DNA of 64,000 nt from Eledone cirrhosa (taxonomy: Eukaryota). The stretch lies in NCBI GenBank assembly GCA_964016885.1, contig OZ024746.1, positions 66,402,001 through 66,466,000 on the forward strand. The letters run 5' to 3'. Below the pieces are notes generated by a model. It worked only from the letters and a program-made list of their open reading frames with translations. It did no database searches and was not told the origin of the DNA. Each line of letters opens with the position of its first letter. Position 1 is the stretch's first letter. A program made the translations under genes and the position numbers. This document shows positions 27,694 to 44,436 of this stretch, piece by piece.

Positions 27694-28576
27694 ATGTGTG
27701 TGTGTATGTGTGAGTGTGTGTAACAGGTGTGTATATGAAATCATATATCATATGTTTATATTCAAGAGACTAGTTATTGAAGAGTAACATTTTTTCTTAA
27801 CGAAAAATTTGTTTCCCTCAAATACGTTAGATATTTTATGTTTTAACATTCGATACACTTTTATCGGTGACATTCATTCAATCGGGATTGACATACAAAT
27901 AGTCTAGTGTCCACAATGATTTTGCGTTATAAAATTTAGCTGGAAATGCTACTTGCATATAGGAATTAACAAATATAGGCTGGAAAGGCTCATTTGCTAG
28001 TGACAAAGCTTGTAACGATTTCACAGAGAAAATTTGAGAAAAAACATTTTTTATATACGAAGAAATTAATTTTTACGATGAGGAGGCTACTATAGTTTCA
28101 TAGAATATAAACACATTGTATATGTGCTGAGGTCGTATTTGACTAAATAGAATTGGTCTGCTGGGATTTTAAAAAACCCTCTGAATGGGAAAAAAAAAAA
28201 AAAAAAAAGATGTATATTGACGTACAAGACACGAACACATATTTGTGGTTTGCCGCACCAATATATTACCATTACACCAACAAGCCACTTTTGATTACTT
28301 CATTTAATTAGAAGCTATATAACCATAGTAGGTATATGGATATAAATAGAGAGACACAAAGCAGGCTTTGATTACAATCGACTAAGCTAATGTTGCTACC
28401 TAATTTTCAAATTCGTTAGCCGTCTGTAAACAAAGCCTGGCTTGTGTCCTCCTATTTATATATTGTATATAATTTTCTATACAGCCCTATCATGCTTAAA
28501 CGCTGTATTAGTGCTACTACCAGACCATATAAATAAATAAATATAAATATATATATATATATATAAATATATATAT

Positions 28577-28609
<33 letters not shown>

Positions 28610-28776
28610 AGTAGTAATACAACAGTTAGTTCACCATACCGAGAACAATTGCTTCACTTCAGCTCGGACTGGTAATGGTTATACGGAACAGGAAGAACAA
28701 ACGTATGAACGCGCATGCGCAGAAACGTGCTCAACCGGCATACCGCATACGAACGCATTTCCATGCAACCATACAA

Positions 28777-28829
<53 letters not shown>

Positions 28830-28832
28830 GTT

Positions 28833-29169
28833 ATAACGAAGGAAGTGTGGTAAGGAACCAGGTGGATCATAACGCATCAGAGTACTCGATAGGTTGGGTA
28901 GCAGAGTGGGTAATAGGAAAATATTCAGGACCCAGACGGCAGAGCTCAAGCCTTTTCGGCGGCTATTTCTGGAGTGAAATAATCGTCAAAACGGCTTGAG
29001 CTCTGCCGTCGGGGTCCTGAACATTTTCATATATATATATATATAGGAGAATGTTCAAGACCCCGACGGCGTCTTGAACATTTTCCTATTATCCACTCTA
29101 CTATCCAAAGTATGGAGTACTCTGGTGCGTTATGGTCCACTTGGTTCTTTACCACACTTCCTTCGTTAT
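28833..29169. mobile_element. Two short family C foldback elements
   Basis: 28833-29030 and 29044-29169 share termini with 51673-53396. Further fragments at ~24095-24165 and 34752-34887. Confidence 0.8.
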
Positions 29170-29238
29170 ATATATATATATATATATATTATTCAAACTG
29201 TTTACAAATTAAAAATATTCTCATAATCAAAATATATA

Positions 29239-29300
29239 TTTTATGATATATATTTCAAAGGTACTATGTTGTTGTTTCAGTACGTTTTCATCAGACAAAA
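29239..29300 (-). ncRNA. Type I hammerhead ribozyme
   Basis: Reverse complement: ttttgt-CTGATGA-aaa.cgtac/gtac.c.ttt-GAA-ATATATAT-C-ataaaa. Confidence 0.7.
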
Positions 29301-29550
29301 TATATGATTTGATATATGACATAGCGCTCCGGTCTTGATTATTCAACTCCAGTATTGGCAGTGATTTATTTCATCAAATCTCAATGTTTTTATACCACAA
29401 ATAATATGATAAACTTAAAGAAGAAAAGGACGTTGAATAAATTAGAGATATAGAAAACCACAGTTGAGTGCTTCTAATCTATTGTAAAATTGTATTCGTT
29501 GAGCAATCAACGAATCATACTAATCTTTGGTTATATATAAATATATATAT

Positions 29551-29630
<80 letters not shown>

Positions 29631-29940
29631 AGAAAAGGAAAGGAAATGTGCGATGGATAATTAGATAGGTAGATAGTTATATATGAAGTTATTTTGAAAG
29701 AATGCTAGATGCTGATCTATAGTCATATTTGTTACATCCATTCTTTATCTCCTTAAACTTTAGTATCATGAGACACTTTAATAGTGTCCTACAATTATAG
29801 CCAGTCTCACTTTCGTATTTCCAATCGACTTTAACATCTCGTTTATTGGCTGATTTACAAGTGTCATGTTGCTGATTAAAAGGTTTTCATTTTAAATATT
29901 TTTTAGTATTTTATTTTTAGTAACATATGATTTAATATAA

Positions 29941-30127
29941 TTGTTTCTACTTTAGGCACAAGGCCAGCAATTACCCAGTGCATTACTGGTACTTTATTTT
30001 ATCGACCCCGTAAGGATGAAAGGCAAAGTCAACCTCGGCGGGATTTGAACTCAGATCGTAAAGGGACGTAACTATGCTGGAAAGCATGGTGTCCGACCCT
30101 CTACCGATACTGCCAACCCACCGCCCT
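29941..30127 (-). mobile_element. tRNA-derived SINE with 15-bp TSD
   Basis: TSD tatgatttaatataa at 29926-29940 and 30128-30142. Confidence 0.92.
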
Positions 30128-30394
30128 TATGATTTAATATAATGCATTATTTATCTGTTCTATAGTTACCGTGTATTTGAATCAAAGAACATATTTTGTG
30201 AAGAATTAGGAGAATATGAATATTTTTGGAAAATTAAATGGGGATTTAGGATGATTACAGCCCTTAACAAGTTGTAAATACGTACTACTGGAAAGACCTT
30301 AGTTTATTAAAAAAGGTTAAAAATAAAACATTATCACATATGCATATATATATGTATCTAAAAGCCGTCTAAAGTCTGTCTTAATCCAGAAGGC

Positions 30395-30643
30395 TCATTT
30401 AGCCGGTACTTAACCCGGTTTCTTGGCGTGAAGCGACTGAGAGTACAGGACTCCCCCCTTGACAGGACGCCTGTCCATTGCAGGGTTAAACCCCCAACTA
30501 TCGTTGGTACTCCTTTTTAGCTGAGTATACTGGAACAACTTGAAATGAAGTGTTTTTCTCAAAAACACAACAAGCAACCCAGGAATCGAACCCACGACAT
30601 TATGATCGTAAGACCAACACCCTTACCACTATGCCACGTGCCT
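30395..30643 (-). mobile_element. Second tRNA-derived SINE family
   Basis: Reverse complement starts gaggcacgtggcatagtggtaagg (A box) and contains ggttcgattcc (B box), followed by a SINE body. Confidence 0.8.
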
Positions 30644-30644
30644 C

Positions 30645-30675
<31 letters not shown>

Positions 30676-31061
30676 GTATATATATATATATATGTATCTA
30701 TATATATATATGTGTGTGTGCGTGTGTGTTTATATGTGTATGTGTGTGTGGGGGTGGGTGTCAATGTTTCTGTGTGTGTTTTTGTGTGTCTGTAGTGGGG
30801 TTGAGATAGCATGTGCCTCATAATAATCAAAATAATAGAGGAACTCAGACGTATATAATAGATATGTGCTATGAACTCGTAAGAAAAGACTAAATACACA
30901 ACCTAATTGCTAAGTGAAATCAATGCCGGTTTGTAATATGTAAAACAGATTCTGCAATTGTCAATGAGCCGACGGATTGAAAATGCGGCTTAATTAAATG
31001 CCAATGGGGGTGATGATAAAGGAGATGATGGGAAAGGTGATGATTATAAATCATCACTCGT

Positions 31062-31092
<31 letters not shown>

Positions 31093-31673
31093 TTTCATAC
31101 TTGACAATACGATACACCACAATGAGAGTAATTTTAAAAAGCACACACCTTTGTTTTTTTAATAGACACTCTCTTTATATTTTGTCTAAAGTAGTACCTC
31201 TAGTCCAACCTCCAATATAGCATTTCATAAAGAATAGTTTCACCCCCTTCCTTCTATACCCCCCCCCCTCTCTATCCCTCTCTCTCCCTTTCTATCGATC
31301 TCTCCATTTACATCTTCTGCATTAATACTGCACTCTGCTCATCTCATCTCCTTTACACAAAAATACTGACATCCAGTCACTCCATCACAACATCACCTGC
31401 GGGCGTCTATCTTATTTTCCACCAAACCACCTACTCGTACCCCACCACCAGGTTCATGTTTAACCATCCTAACTATTAACTACATGCTTTGGCCCTTGCT
31501 TCTTGTATCCCTCTCTTCTTGCACCGTCTACTCTTCACCTTCCTCATCGCAAGTAAATTTCCAAACTCCGATCTTTCCTTCACCTCATACCCACGGCTAC
31601 GTCCATCCAATCACTTCGCCCCGGCGAAACTTCCCATTACACCCATATAACTCACTGCCATTACTTAATAACT

Positions 31674-31863
31674 TAAGGGCGGTGAACTGGCAGTATTGGG
31701 AGAGGGTCGGACGCCATGCTTTGAAGTATAGAGTTACGGCCCTTGCCATTCTGAGTTCAAATCCCGCCGAGGTTAACTTTGCCTTTCATCCTTATGGGGT
31801 CGATCAAATAAAGTACCAGTAATGCACTGGGTAATTGCTGGCCTTGTGCCTAACGTAGAAACA
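31674..31863 (+). mobile_element. tRNA-derived SINE with 14-bp TSD
   Basis: TSD attacttaataact at 31660-31673 and 31864-31877. Confidence 0.92.
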
Positions 31864-32241
31864 ATTACTTAATAACTCACTCTAACAACACCAGTTATCA
31901 TGCATCGCAACTACTCATCAAAGCACACCTACGCTTTCTATACCACCCCTGCAAGCTTATGTTCTCCCCACTACCCACATGGGCCTATACCCTAAAACCA
32001 TACGTCGAAAAATATATGACCAGCACGGCCGTGAAATTGTTTCTAAGCCACCTAAAATTGCTTACATACTTAGCAATCCAACTTATCGAGTTGGCACTGA
32101 ATGGTGCGTATATCTCACACGAAACTGACCCCTAATGTGCTGATTGGCTGCTTACATGGATGACTCTCATCAGATAATACACTGTTTTGATTTCCATAAT
32201 CGTTCCTCTATACATACAGACGAATCATCTGACCCACACGA

Positions 32242-32329
<88 letters not shown>

Positions 32330-32732
32330 TTGTGTCTCTATTATATCTGTATTTTTGACCGTTGGTCAGTCAATGGTAAACATTGAGGACCGAATAAATT
32401 GACTGATATAAAAGATACAGAAGCGAAAAGCAACCAAACAGTGAGTGTGTTCTGTTATTATTTCTGGCAATATTATTACAACAATATGACCCTCCCCAAG
32501 TATAGCAATATATATATATATATATATATGCATATATGTGCATATTTGTATATATATATATATATATGGTTGTTTATCCATGATTTTTCAGACTGAGAAA
32601 GGATGGGGATGTACAATGTTAAGAAACGATCTTTGAAATGTTATGCAAATGCTATTGATTTCTTTCTGGTTGGTTGGTAAGGTAAAAAGAAAAGAACAAG
32701 GAATAGTATTATTGATAGAATCCAACAAACAT

Positions 32733-32879
<147 letters not shown>

Positions 32880-33098
32880 ATATACATATATATGCAGAGA
32901 GTTAAAAACAAGAGATAGAGAGAAGAAAGTAAACGTTTTAGTGCAGTTAGGCTTGCATAGTACCGTCAGTTACATTCATCTTACATATTGATTATAAACT
33001 TTAAAGCAAAGCCTGCAAATATATACACACAAACTTACAACAATAGTTACATAAGCACAAGCATACATACACATACGCCAGACTCGCCCCCACACACG

Positions 33099-33164
<66 letters not shown>

Positions 33165-33166
33165 CA

Positions 33167-33950
33167 TACGCGAGGTTTATTCAATTGTCCACAAAGCAAA
33201 GGTACTGATGTTTTATTTAAATGTTTAAGTTAGACGTACACAAAATTGCAAGTTATCTCCAGAATACGACCCTTGGGAAGTCATACAGTTGTTCGAAGTT
33301 TTTCCCATTGATATTAGTAGTAGCGGAAGCGAAATCCTGTGACTGAGTGTTCTTTGTACGTCGGTTACTTTTTTTTCTTTTTTTTTTTTTTTTGTATGCT
33401 TTCCACGGTCCCAACATTGTCATCCCTCGACTTCGATTTAAATTTAAGGAATTCACAAGGATGTAGATCTGGAATATGTTGCAGGAAATGTTGAAATCTA
33501 CGTTTCGCCAGAAATTAGCAGACCCGTTATTATCGTCCAGAACCCAAATCCTGCAAGGTCCTTTCGGACACGCTACAGTGTTTTTGAAAATCATTCCAAG
33601 ATATCTTTGTAGAGGGCGATTAACTGTCTGTCCAGGAGCTAAAAAATATTACCTGGCTGTAGAAAAAAATTATAATAATGGTTTTCACCAGGATCTGTCC
33701 ATGCGTGTTTTCTTCGGACGAGGAGAATGTTTCGAGTTCGCCGTCTCACATCGCTGCCTTGTCACTAGATCGTATTCGAACACCCATCATCCATCTGCTA
33801 TTACTTGATCCAATAAGGTTTTCACAATTTTCTAGTATTTCTATCAAACCCTGACAAATTAGCTACCAGTTCGCTTTATACCCCAAAGGTACGTGTTTGA
33901 GCAGTAGTTTTCTACAAATTGTACCATTTATCAATATGCTCAAACCTTCG
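33167..33950 (-). mobile_element. Degenerate mariner (Tc1/mariner) transposon remnant
   Basis: Minus-strand fragments WVFEYDLVTRQ...SPRPKKTR, DDN and PDLHPCEF resemble mariner WVYEYDPETK...PRPKK, HDNA and YSPDLAPSDF motifs. Confidence 0.7.
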
Positions 33951-33968
33951 AGGAATTATTGTTTCTCC

Positions 33969-34033
<65 letters not shown>

Positions 34034-34171
34034 TGCATCTCTGTCTGTCAGTGTATGTGTGTGTGTGAATGTGCGTGTATGTGGAGAGAGAAATGAAAAA
34101 GTAAGAAAGAGAAACTATGTAATTTGACGGCCGTATTTGCGTTCAGCTTAAAGCAATAAACGGTCTTAGCT

Positions 34172-34232
<61 letters not shown>

Positions 34233-34307
34233 CTGACGCATGCACACACACAAATATACATGCGTATATATATATATATATACGCTCACACATGCACACA
34301 CTCAAAT

Positions 34308-34338
<31 letters not shown>

Positions 34339-34701
34339 CATATGCTCACAGATGCACACATACAAATATACATGTATATATATATATAACCTCACTCTGT
34401 TTGTCTCCTCATCTATACATCATTATCCCATATTCCACATTCTACCTAATCAAGTGTTTCATTCTTTACGCGTACAGATTGAGATATTCCTTTCTCAGCT
34501 CTTATGAATGTTAATTAAATCCCTAATACAAGTGCTTGATATGATTGCAGATATTGTTTGAACTCACTCTAACGAGGTTATCCATGTCACATCTAATGAA
34601 CGTAATGTGACTTAATTAATTTTGAAACCATCAGAATTTATATTATTAAGATTTTTTGAAATAAAAGAAAAAAAACAGTATTGCGAATCGAATGATGAAG
34701 T

Positions 34702-34746
<45 letters not shown>

Positions 34747-34883
34747 TAGCAAGAATTAGCCGTCGAAACGGCTTGAGCTCAGCCGTCGGGGTCTTACTGG
34801 TTCCTATTACCCACTCTACTACCCTAAGTATTGAGTACTTTGGTGCGTTATGGTCCACCTGGTTCCTTACCACATTTCCTTCG

Positions 34884-34983
<100 letters not shown>

Positions 34984-35370
34984 AAAAGACAAACAGAAAA
35001 AACAAAGCAAACGACACAGTACAATGAAGAAGTATATTATTAGGAAAAGTGTCCCAACGTTTAGGACGCTAGTCCTTCTTTAGACGATAGAATGAAAAAT
35101 TAAAGACGAAATAGAAAGATTGAGGATATGGAGAGGTCGGTATAATTATTTAAAACAGAAATGTCTTCTTTGTTTTGGGACATTTTCATTCGTATGAAAC
35201 CGTCTGGAATGAAATATCTCTAGTTCTGTTAAAGCCAATTCTATATTAAATCCATCGATCTATCGTGAGTTGAATCCTCTTTGAAGAGTGTCTCCTTCTA
35301 CTGCTTCTGCACATGCGTATTCATATACTTGTGTTGTTTTTTTCTCCTTTTCCATATAATCAATTTTAAA

Positions 35371-35412
35371 CCGAGCTGATGATCCGACTAGGGTGAAAAT
35401 AATTATTCTCGG
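35371..35412 (+). ncRNA. Minimal type I hammerhead (family D)
   Basis: ccgag-CTGATGA-t.cc-gacta-gg.gt-GAAA-ATAATTAT-T-ctcgg. Confidence 0.65.
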
Positions 35413-35508
35413 AAATTGTGAATTAACTGTTGTGGAGCTACTTCTACCAAACTTATGCCATGAATTGCGTCGTCTACTACTATAGATATAACCGCCAGTG
35501 TTCTACTA

Positions 35509-35586
<78 letters not shown>

Positions 35587-35899
35587 GACTTGTTGGATTT
35601 AGAGACAAAAGTTATCAGCTTATAAAGAACAACCTTTCCCCTCATATAATCATTCACAAGTTAACTGAGACAACACGCGGCGTTAGAACTTGAAGCGAAA
35701 TCAATCACACTATTATCAATGTACTGGGTAAATTGCTGGCCTTGTGCCAAAAGTAGAAACAATTATTATCAACGATAGAACGTACACATGATGAGATTCC
35801 TTGCCATTGGCAACGACGTCAATCTATTGTTGGAAAACCTGAACCTGAAAGGAAAGTCAAGAAATATCACAGGTATTAGTGACCGGTGCATTCATGTTG

Positions 35900-36600
35900 T
35901 CAACATGAAAAAGGAATTTGATATGACTCTTAGAAAACTCTTTTAAATAGCGGATATTAAAATAGAGGTGCCCATCTCGCCTTTCAAAAAGCCACGAGTG
36001 AGCAGCAAAACAAATGATAGTCTACAGGAAGCTTACCATGAGAAAATGGATATTTACAGAATTGTGGAATTCTAAAGAAGAAATAGCCATTTCTTGAACG
36101 CACTAATACGATACATATCACAAAAACAAAGGCAGGATATTGCAAGACAATATCGAGATGAAAACAAATGAACTAAAGTATCAGCGCGGAAACAAAAGCA
36201 ACTTTATATAGAAATCACCAAGAAATCAGAGAAACCCGTAAAACACACCGATATTATGAGAGTCAATTGAATCTTTAAAAAATTAAGAAAAGAAAAACGT
36301 CAAAAGAAAGATTTATTTCTTAAAGGTGAAGGAGGGAATCTCATCAACATTTCTTACAGAGGCTGAAGCTATTAGCTCTTGCTCGTTTTACTGAATGGGA
36401 AGACGACCAGGGCATAAAGATGAAGGACATCACAGTTGAAGTGATCAAGGAAACCAACAATACAAATAACTAAATGCAAATGCTCCAGGACAAGACTGCG
36501 TATAGTCTAATGAGCTGAGTACAGTAAATAAAGAAATTCCTTGAACATTTCATTGTATTTTACAAACCAAACTATATGAAAGGATTAGCGTATAGAATGT
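35900..36600 (+). mobile_element. Highly degraded LINE ORF2-like fragment
   Basis: A-rich, Lys/Arg-rich broken frames with a KGEGGNLI segment and an APGQD (APGxD-like) motif. Confidence 0.35.
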
Positions 36601-38125
36601 AACTGTAAAACCAGTTCTAGCTTCAAACTAATTAAAACGTTTGACTAGGCAGACTTAGAAAAGGAACCGCATCACCCTTCTACATATTGCTTTAAATGAG
36701 GTTAGTCATTTAAGCATGCATCCCCACAGCAGGAGCAGCACTACCGTTTTAGAAAAGCAAGATCATGCATGGAGCATATTTTATTTCTTCCTTAGATCCT
36801 GGAATAATCATATGAATGGAACATTCAGCTATATGTACTATTATTGATTCTGAAAAATTCTATAAATAACCTGCACGGAAGACCACTTTGGAACATCTCC
36901 GATATCACGGTTTTCCCCGACACCTCTACTGCATTATCCAGAAGTGACATACAAATATCGAATCTTACGTCACTCACAACCAAACAACCATCACAGCTTA
37001 TCAGGTTTTGCGCTTATATCAAACATAGATTTACCCGGTCTCTAAATATTTTCCTTTGTGATGGAATGGTTGATGCGAAGCGTCAACAGATAAATGCATA
37101 GAGTATCCATAGGGTCCGGAACAATTTTTGAAAATCTGGACTACGGAGACACTATTGAACATTATGTCACTAAGAGAAATGCAAAAAAAAGTTTATTAAA
37201 CGACAGAAAATCTTGCTCAAACCGCTAGAATAAACAAATGACTCAATGATTTCCAAGAATAACACTCTCAGTATGATGCTACTCGTTATGGCTACCGAAA
37301 CATATATGCGTGTGCCAAATAGAAACTGGAGGTCATTTGTAATCTAGTCCCTACGAGAAATTCCGAAAACTGAGTGAACAAACATAATTAAAACGGGGAA
37401 TTTACATTTGCGGATTTACGACTCTGTGTGATTTAACAATACGGTACCAGAAGAAAGGGCCTGGCATGTTTCTGGCAATGCATCAACTTGTTACTGCAAG
37501 GTGCATCCAGGAAAGAGAAAACGAGATTGACGAAAACAAATGTAAAGCCAACAAGAAGCCGAAAATCTTGATGCAATATTTATAAAATCTTCGGAAAGTA
37601 AGGGAAGTTATGATAAACTGGAGATCTTATTTTATCCTAGGCAGGCATTTCCCATCAGGTATAATTTTAATTCGTGGGACTGCTGTGTGAAATGTTAAAT
37701 TGAAGCAATTGCTGAGTGTAAATACAGATGCGTGTCGCCAAATCTTTGTTATGGCTACTGCATATTTAGATTAATTGTATTGACGACATAAATTTGGCAC
37801 ACACACATAAACGCACACACACATACATACACATATACATTTGTTTCCTTCTACTAAATTTCGCACACAAGGCATTGCTTTAACCGAGGCTGTAATAAAA
37901 TAAACTTTTCGAAAGTAACCCGCAGCGGATCTGAATCGATGTGGAGAAAGTCAGTTAAATCAATGCCTATATATTCCAGTTACTTGATTTTATCGACTAC
38001 GGATGGATAAGAGGCACATGTAAATTTGGCGTGCTATGAATTTAGAACACAGATTCTAAATTATATAGTGCAATCAATGTGTCTGACGCTCTCCCGATTT
38101 TGCCTATAATCTCTGTATTAATAAT

Positions 38126-38311
38126 TGTTTCTACTTTTGGCACAAGGCCAGCAATTTATCCCAGTGTATTACTGGTACTTTATTTTATCGAACCCGAAAG
38201 GATGAAAGGCAAAGTTAACATTCGGCGGGATTTGAACTCGGACCATAAAGGGCCGTAACTTCTTGCTGCAAAGCATGGCATCCGACCCTCTACCGATACT
38301 GCCAATCCACC
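38126..38311 (-). mobile_element. tRNA-derived SINE with 11-bp TSD
   Basis: TSD gtattaataat at 38115-38125 and 38312-38322. Confidence 0.9.
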
Positions 38312-38371
38312 GTATTAATAATAATAGTAATGATAATAATAATAATAAGGATAATAATAATAATAATTACT

Positions 38372-38950
38372 TTGTTAGCCACACAGGGCTCACATTAAGG
38401 AAACATTAAAGACGGTATATGACGATGCAGTGTGGGCTTTTTTGTGTAAAATAAAATTTATAACAGAGACTAAGAAAATAAAAATGTAAAACAAACATAA
38501 CACATTCCACAAAGGTGAGGAGACTCTAAGGGTCACTCGTGTAGAAATCGTACAAAAGCCACGGTCACGGTGTCCGCTAGGTCAAAGTGCCCTCTCCCAG
38601 TCGTTCTACTCCAATCTACAGGCGTATGCTCAAGGCAGGCCCATTCACACGGACCAACCTCGTCACCTTACCCACCTTTCAACAAACTGGTTGGAAGGCA
38701 GCACTTCCCTCTCCACCCTGATTTTCCTCTTCAAGTGAAACCTGAAAAAGTTAATCAAGGCTTCGCCGGAGAGGAAACTGTATTCAACCCTTTCTAAGGG
38801 GTCCATCACCCGACCTCTTTCGCCATGGTCACCAGGTAGATAAACACTGCTTGTTTTCGCCTCTAAAACGAAGGCGACGGGGGTGATCTTCACGATGGAA
38901 TCAGTTAATTAATAGTCGTATCCGTCCTACATGTGACAGCAGGTGCTCGA
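38372..38950 (-). mobile_element. 3' fragment of a Tx1/L1-type LINE
   Basis: LINFFRFHLKRKIRVEREVLPSNQFVERW resembles a Tx1/L1 ORF2 C-terminus; flanked by (TAA)n. Confidence 0.6.
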
Positions 38951-39173
38951 CAATAATAACAATAATAATAACTTTATAACAAAAACAGCATCAATAATAA
39001 TTATGTTTAATGTTGGCACGAGGCCAGCAAATAATCAGTGAATTACAGGTGCTTTATTTTATGAATATCAACAATAATGACATTTAGTTATAAATGACAT
39101 TATCATTCAAAAGATACAACCCCATAAACAGAAAAATATATTAACTTATATTTGGGTGCTATATAAATAAATA

Positions 39174-39227
<54 letters not shown>

Positions 39228-39235
<8 letters not shown>

Positions 39236-39419
39236 AATGTAAGCTATCGCCGTATTTTGACTAAAGAAATTAAGAAAGTATTATTTAGTCTGATAGTAGG
39301 CTTAAGAACCCTCCCACTAAGGGGCTAAATACTTTTCTTTAATGTATTTAGTCAAAATACGGTGATAGCTTACATTTATAATTTCAAACTCGCTCGCTGG
39401 TTCGAAAATATTATTACTT

Positions 39420-39420
<1 letters not shown>
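39228..39420. mobile_element. Short foldback element with right tail, no HHR visible
   Basis: aaattataaatgtaagctatcgccgtattttgactaaa / tttagtcaaaatacggtgatagcttacatttataattt, between TA arrays. Confidence 0.7.
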
Positions 39421-39452
<32 letters not shown>

Positions 39453-40383
39453 ACATATATAGTAGTGTAGTGAATAGGATGCATTTTGCGATAGGTAATA
39501 AGCCGGTTTAATGCACGTGTGTGTATTGTTATTCTGTGATTCAGATTAGGACGTTTAATATTTGTGTGGGGGCGTGATTGTACATGCAAACATACACACA
39601 CGCACAGACACTCAGATATATACACATATATACATGCATGCTTGGATACGCACATTCACGCATTCAAATACATATTAAATTCCATAATCAGGGGCGTCCA
39701 ACGCAACACACATACGCACACACTCACATAGTCAAACACACACACATATATACATATGTATATATAACTGATTTTTAAAAATAAAAGTTTCAGTCGAAAC
39801 TTACCTCCCTTCGTATAAAGTGATAGAGTTAGAAGCCACAGTAATTTTTAGTTATCTCCCTACTGTAGTAGTATGTTGTACGATATTAAAATCACGGTGC
39901 GCTTTTTTAATTGTTTCCTATATTATTAAAATCACTATTATTCTTATTTTTTTTTATTTTTGCATCTGAGCAATTTTCTTCAGAATCTTCTCAATATATC
40001 GCTTAGACCAGCAGTTGCAAAATATAAAAGGTTGCAGTAGAAATGTTTGATGTTGTTTATTGAGGCTTGTCAAATGCGGTAGTGTGCTAAATGTTTGTGT
40101 GATAGTATGATCACATCCATCATAGCTTTATGCGGTACTTGGCAAGTGTATCGAGAGAGTGAGGCAGATTTCTTATTTAGCTGCTAGGAAACAATGAACG
40201 CCCACTTACACAGCCATATGTGTACATATTGACAAACCAACACATATACGCACAAACAAAATCATGTTTATCCACATATTAGAAAAGTTAAAAATTAATA
40301 AATATGTGATACATGTGCACGTATATATATAAATATATGTACACACACATACACAAATGCACACGAACATATACGAGTATATA

Positions 40384-40439
<56 letters not shown>

Positions 40440-40472
40440 AGAGTGTGTGTGTGTATATCTATCTATATATAT

Positions 40473-40508
<36 letters not shown>

Positions 40509-40607
40509 ATATATATATTTATATATATATAGTGGTAGAACACTGGAAGGTAATATCCGTATTGGTAGAGCACTCAGTCCATGGGACGAGTTAGGTATAA
40601 GTGGGTA

Positions 40608-40645
40608 CGAGCTGAGGATCTGCTAAGGTGAAACAATTGTTCTCG
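40608..40645 (+). ncRNA. Minimal type I hammerhead (family D)
   Basis: cgag-CTGAGGA-t.ct-gcta-ag.gt-GAA-ACAATTGT-T-ctcg. Confidence 0.7.
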
Positions 40646-41042
40646 GTATGGTGAACTAACTGTTGTGTAACCATTTCTATATATATATATATAGGTATAC
40701 ATATATATTAATTTATTTATGCATGTATATATCATTTGTTTCATTCCTTGGACTTAGGCCATGCAGGTGGACCGCCTTTAAGGGTTATACACGATAAATA
40801 TCGACAACAATAATTCTTTCAGTCTGTTCTACATATAACTATCCCTTTTTGTCGAGCAGCCAATTTAAGGAACACGAAAACAAATAACGTAAAATAAATG
40901 TAATTGTAAACACAACAGAAATACATCAATACATATGTAAACACAAACACACAGACACCCATATAAGTACACACACACACACGCACATACACACATACAC
41001 ACACAAACACACCCATGTATATATATATATATATATATATAA

Positions 41043-41155
<113 letters not shown>

Positions 41156-41354
41156 TATATATATATATATGAATATATATATATATATTTATATATATAT
41201 ATATATATATGAATATATATATATATATTTATATATATACATATATATAAATGTATATATATATAATACAAAAATAATAAAAATGAGGCTTGTTTGCATA
41301 ATTGCAAACGAATCTAATATTATTATTATTATAAGAAAAACTCAGATTACATCT

Positions 41355-41419
<65 letters not shown>

Positions 41420-41420
41420 A

Positions 41421-41532
<112 letters not shown>

Positions 41533-41537
41533 GTATG

Positions 41538-41589
<52 letters not shown>

Positions 41590-41658
41590 TCTTCAATACT
41601 AACAATACTAACAATTAGTACTGCACTCTTTGTTATTGTTTTTGCTTTTTTGTTTTAA

Positions 41659-41699
<41 letters not shown>

Positions 41700-42033
41700 T
41701 TAGTATGCGTATCTGAAATTTGCATTTTATTTTTAGTAATTCACTGGGTGGCGCGTCACTAGGTGCTGAAAGGCTTGGGTCTTCATTCAAAAGTCTAAAC
41801 CAACATATCGATCCCGTTGATCGGGTGCACATTCCATCGATCTGTAATCACCGAACAGTTAGCTCGGTGCGAAATATTCGGTACGGTGTAAAATAAGCAT
41901 TGTCACTGACCCCTACACGAGTACGCGCACACATATATACGTCTAAACACTATATTATATTGTCTAACCGGTTTTCACAATATTGAGTGTTCAGTGGGGG
42001 AGAGAATAATGTATATACATATATATATATATA

Positions 42034-44144
<2,111 letters not shown>

Positions 44145-44320
44145 TAGTTATATATATATATATTTATTAAAATAACAGATTAAAGTTCAAGCAAATAATC
44201 GCTGCTTTCACCCTTAACGGGATCTTCTGAAATATTTGCTCTACGGTTCCTATATATTTGATATATATTTATCCTTATCGAGCCCTCTTTGGATTTTAGT
44301 CTTCAAATTAATTATTATTG

Positions 44321-44436
<116 letters not shown>

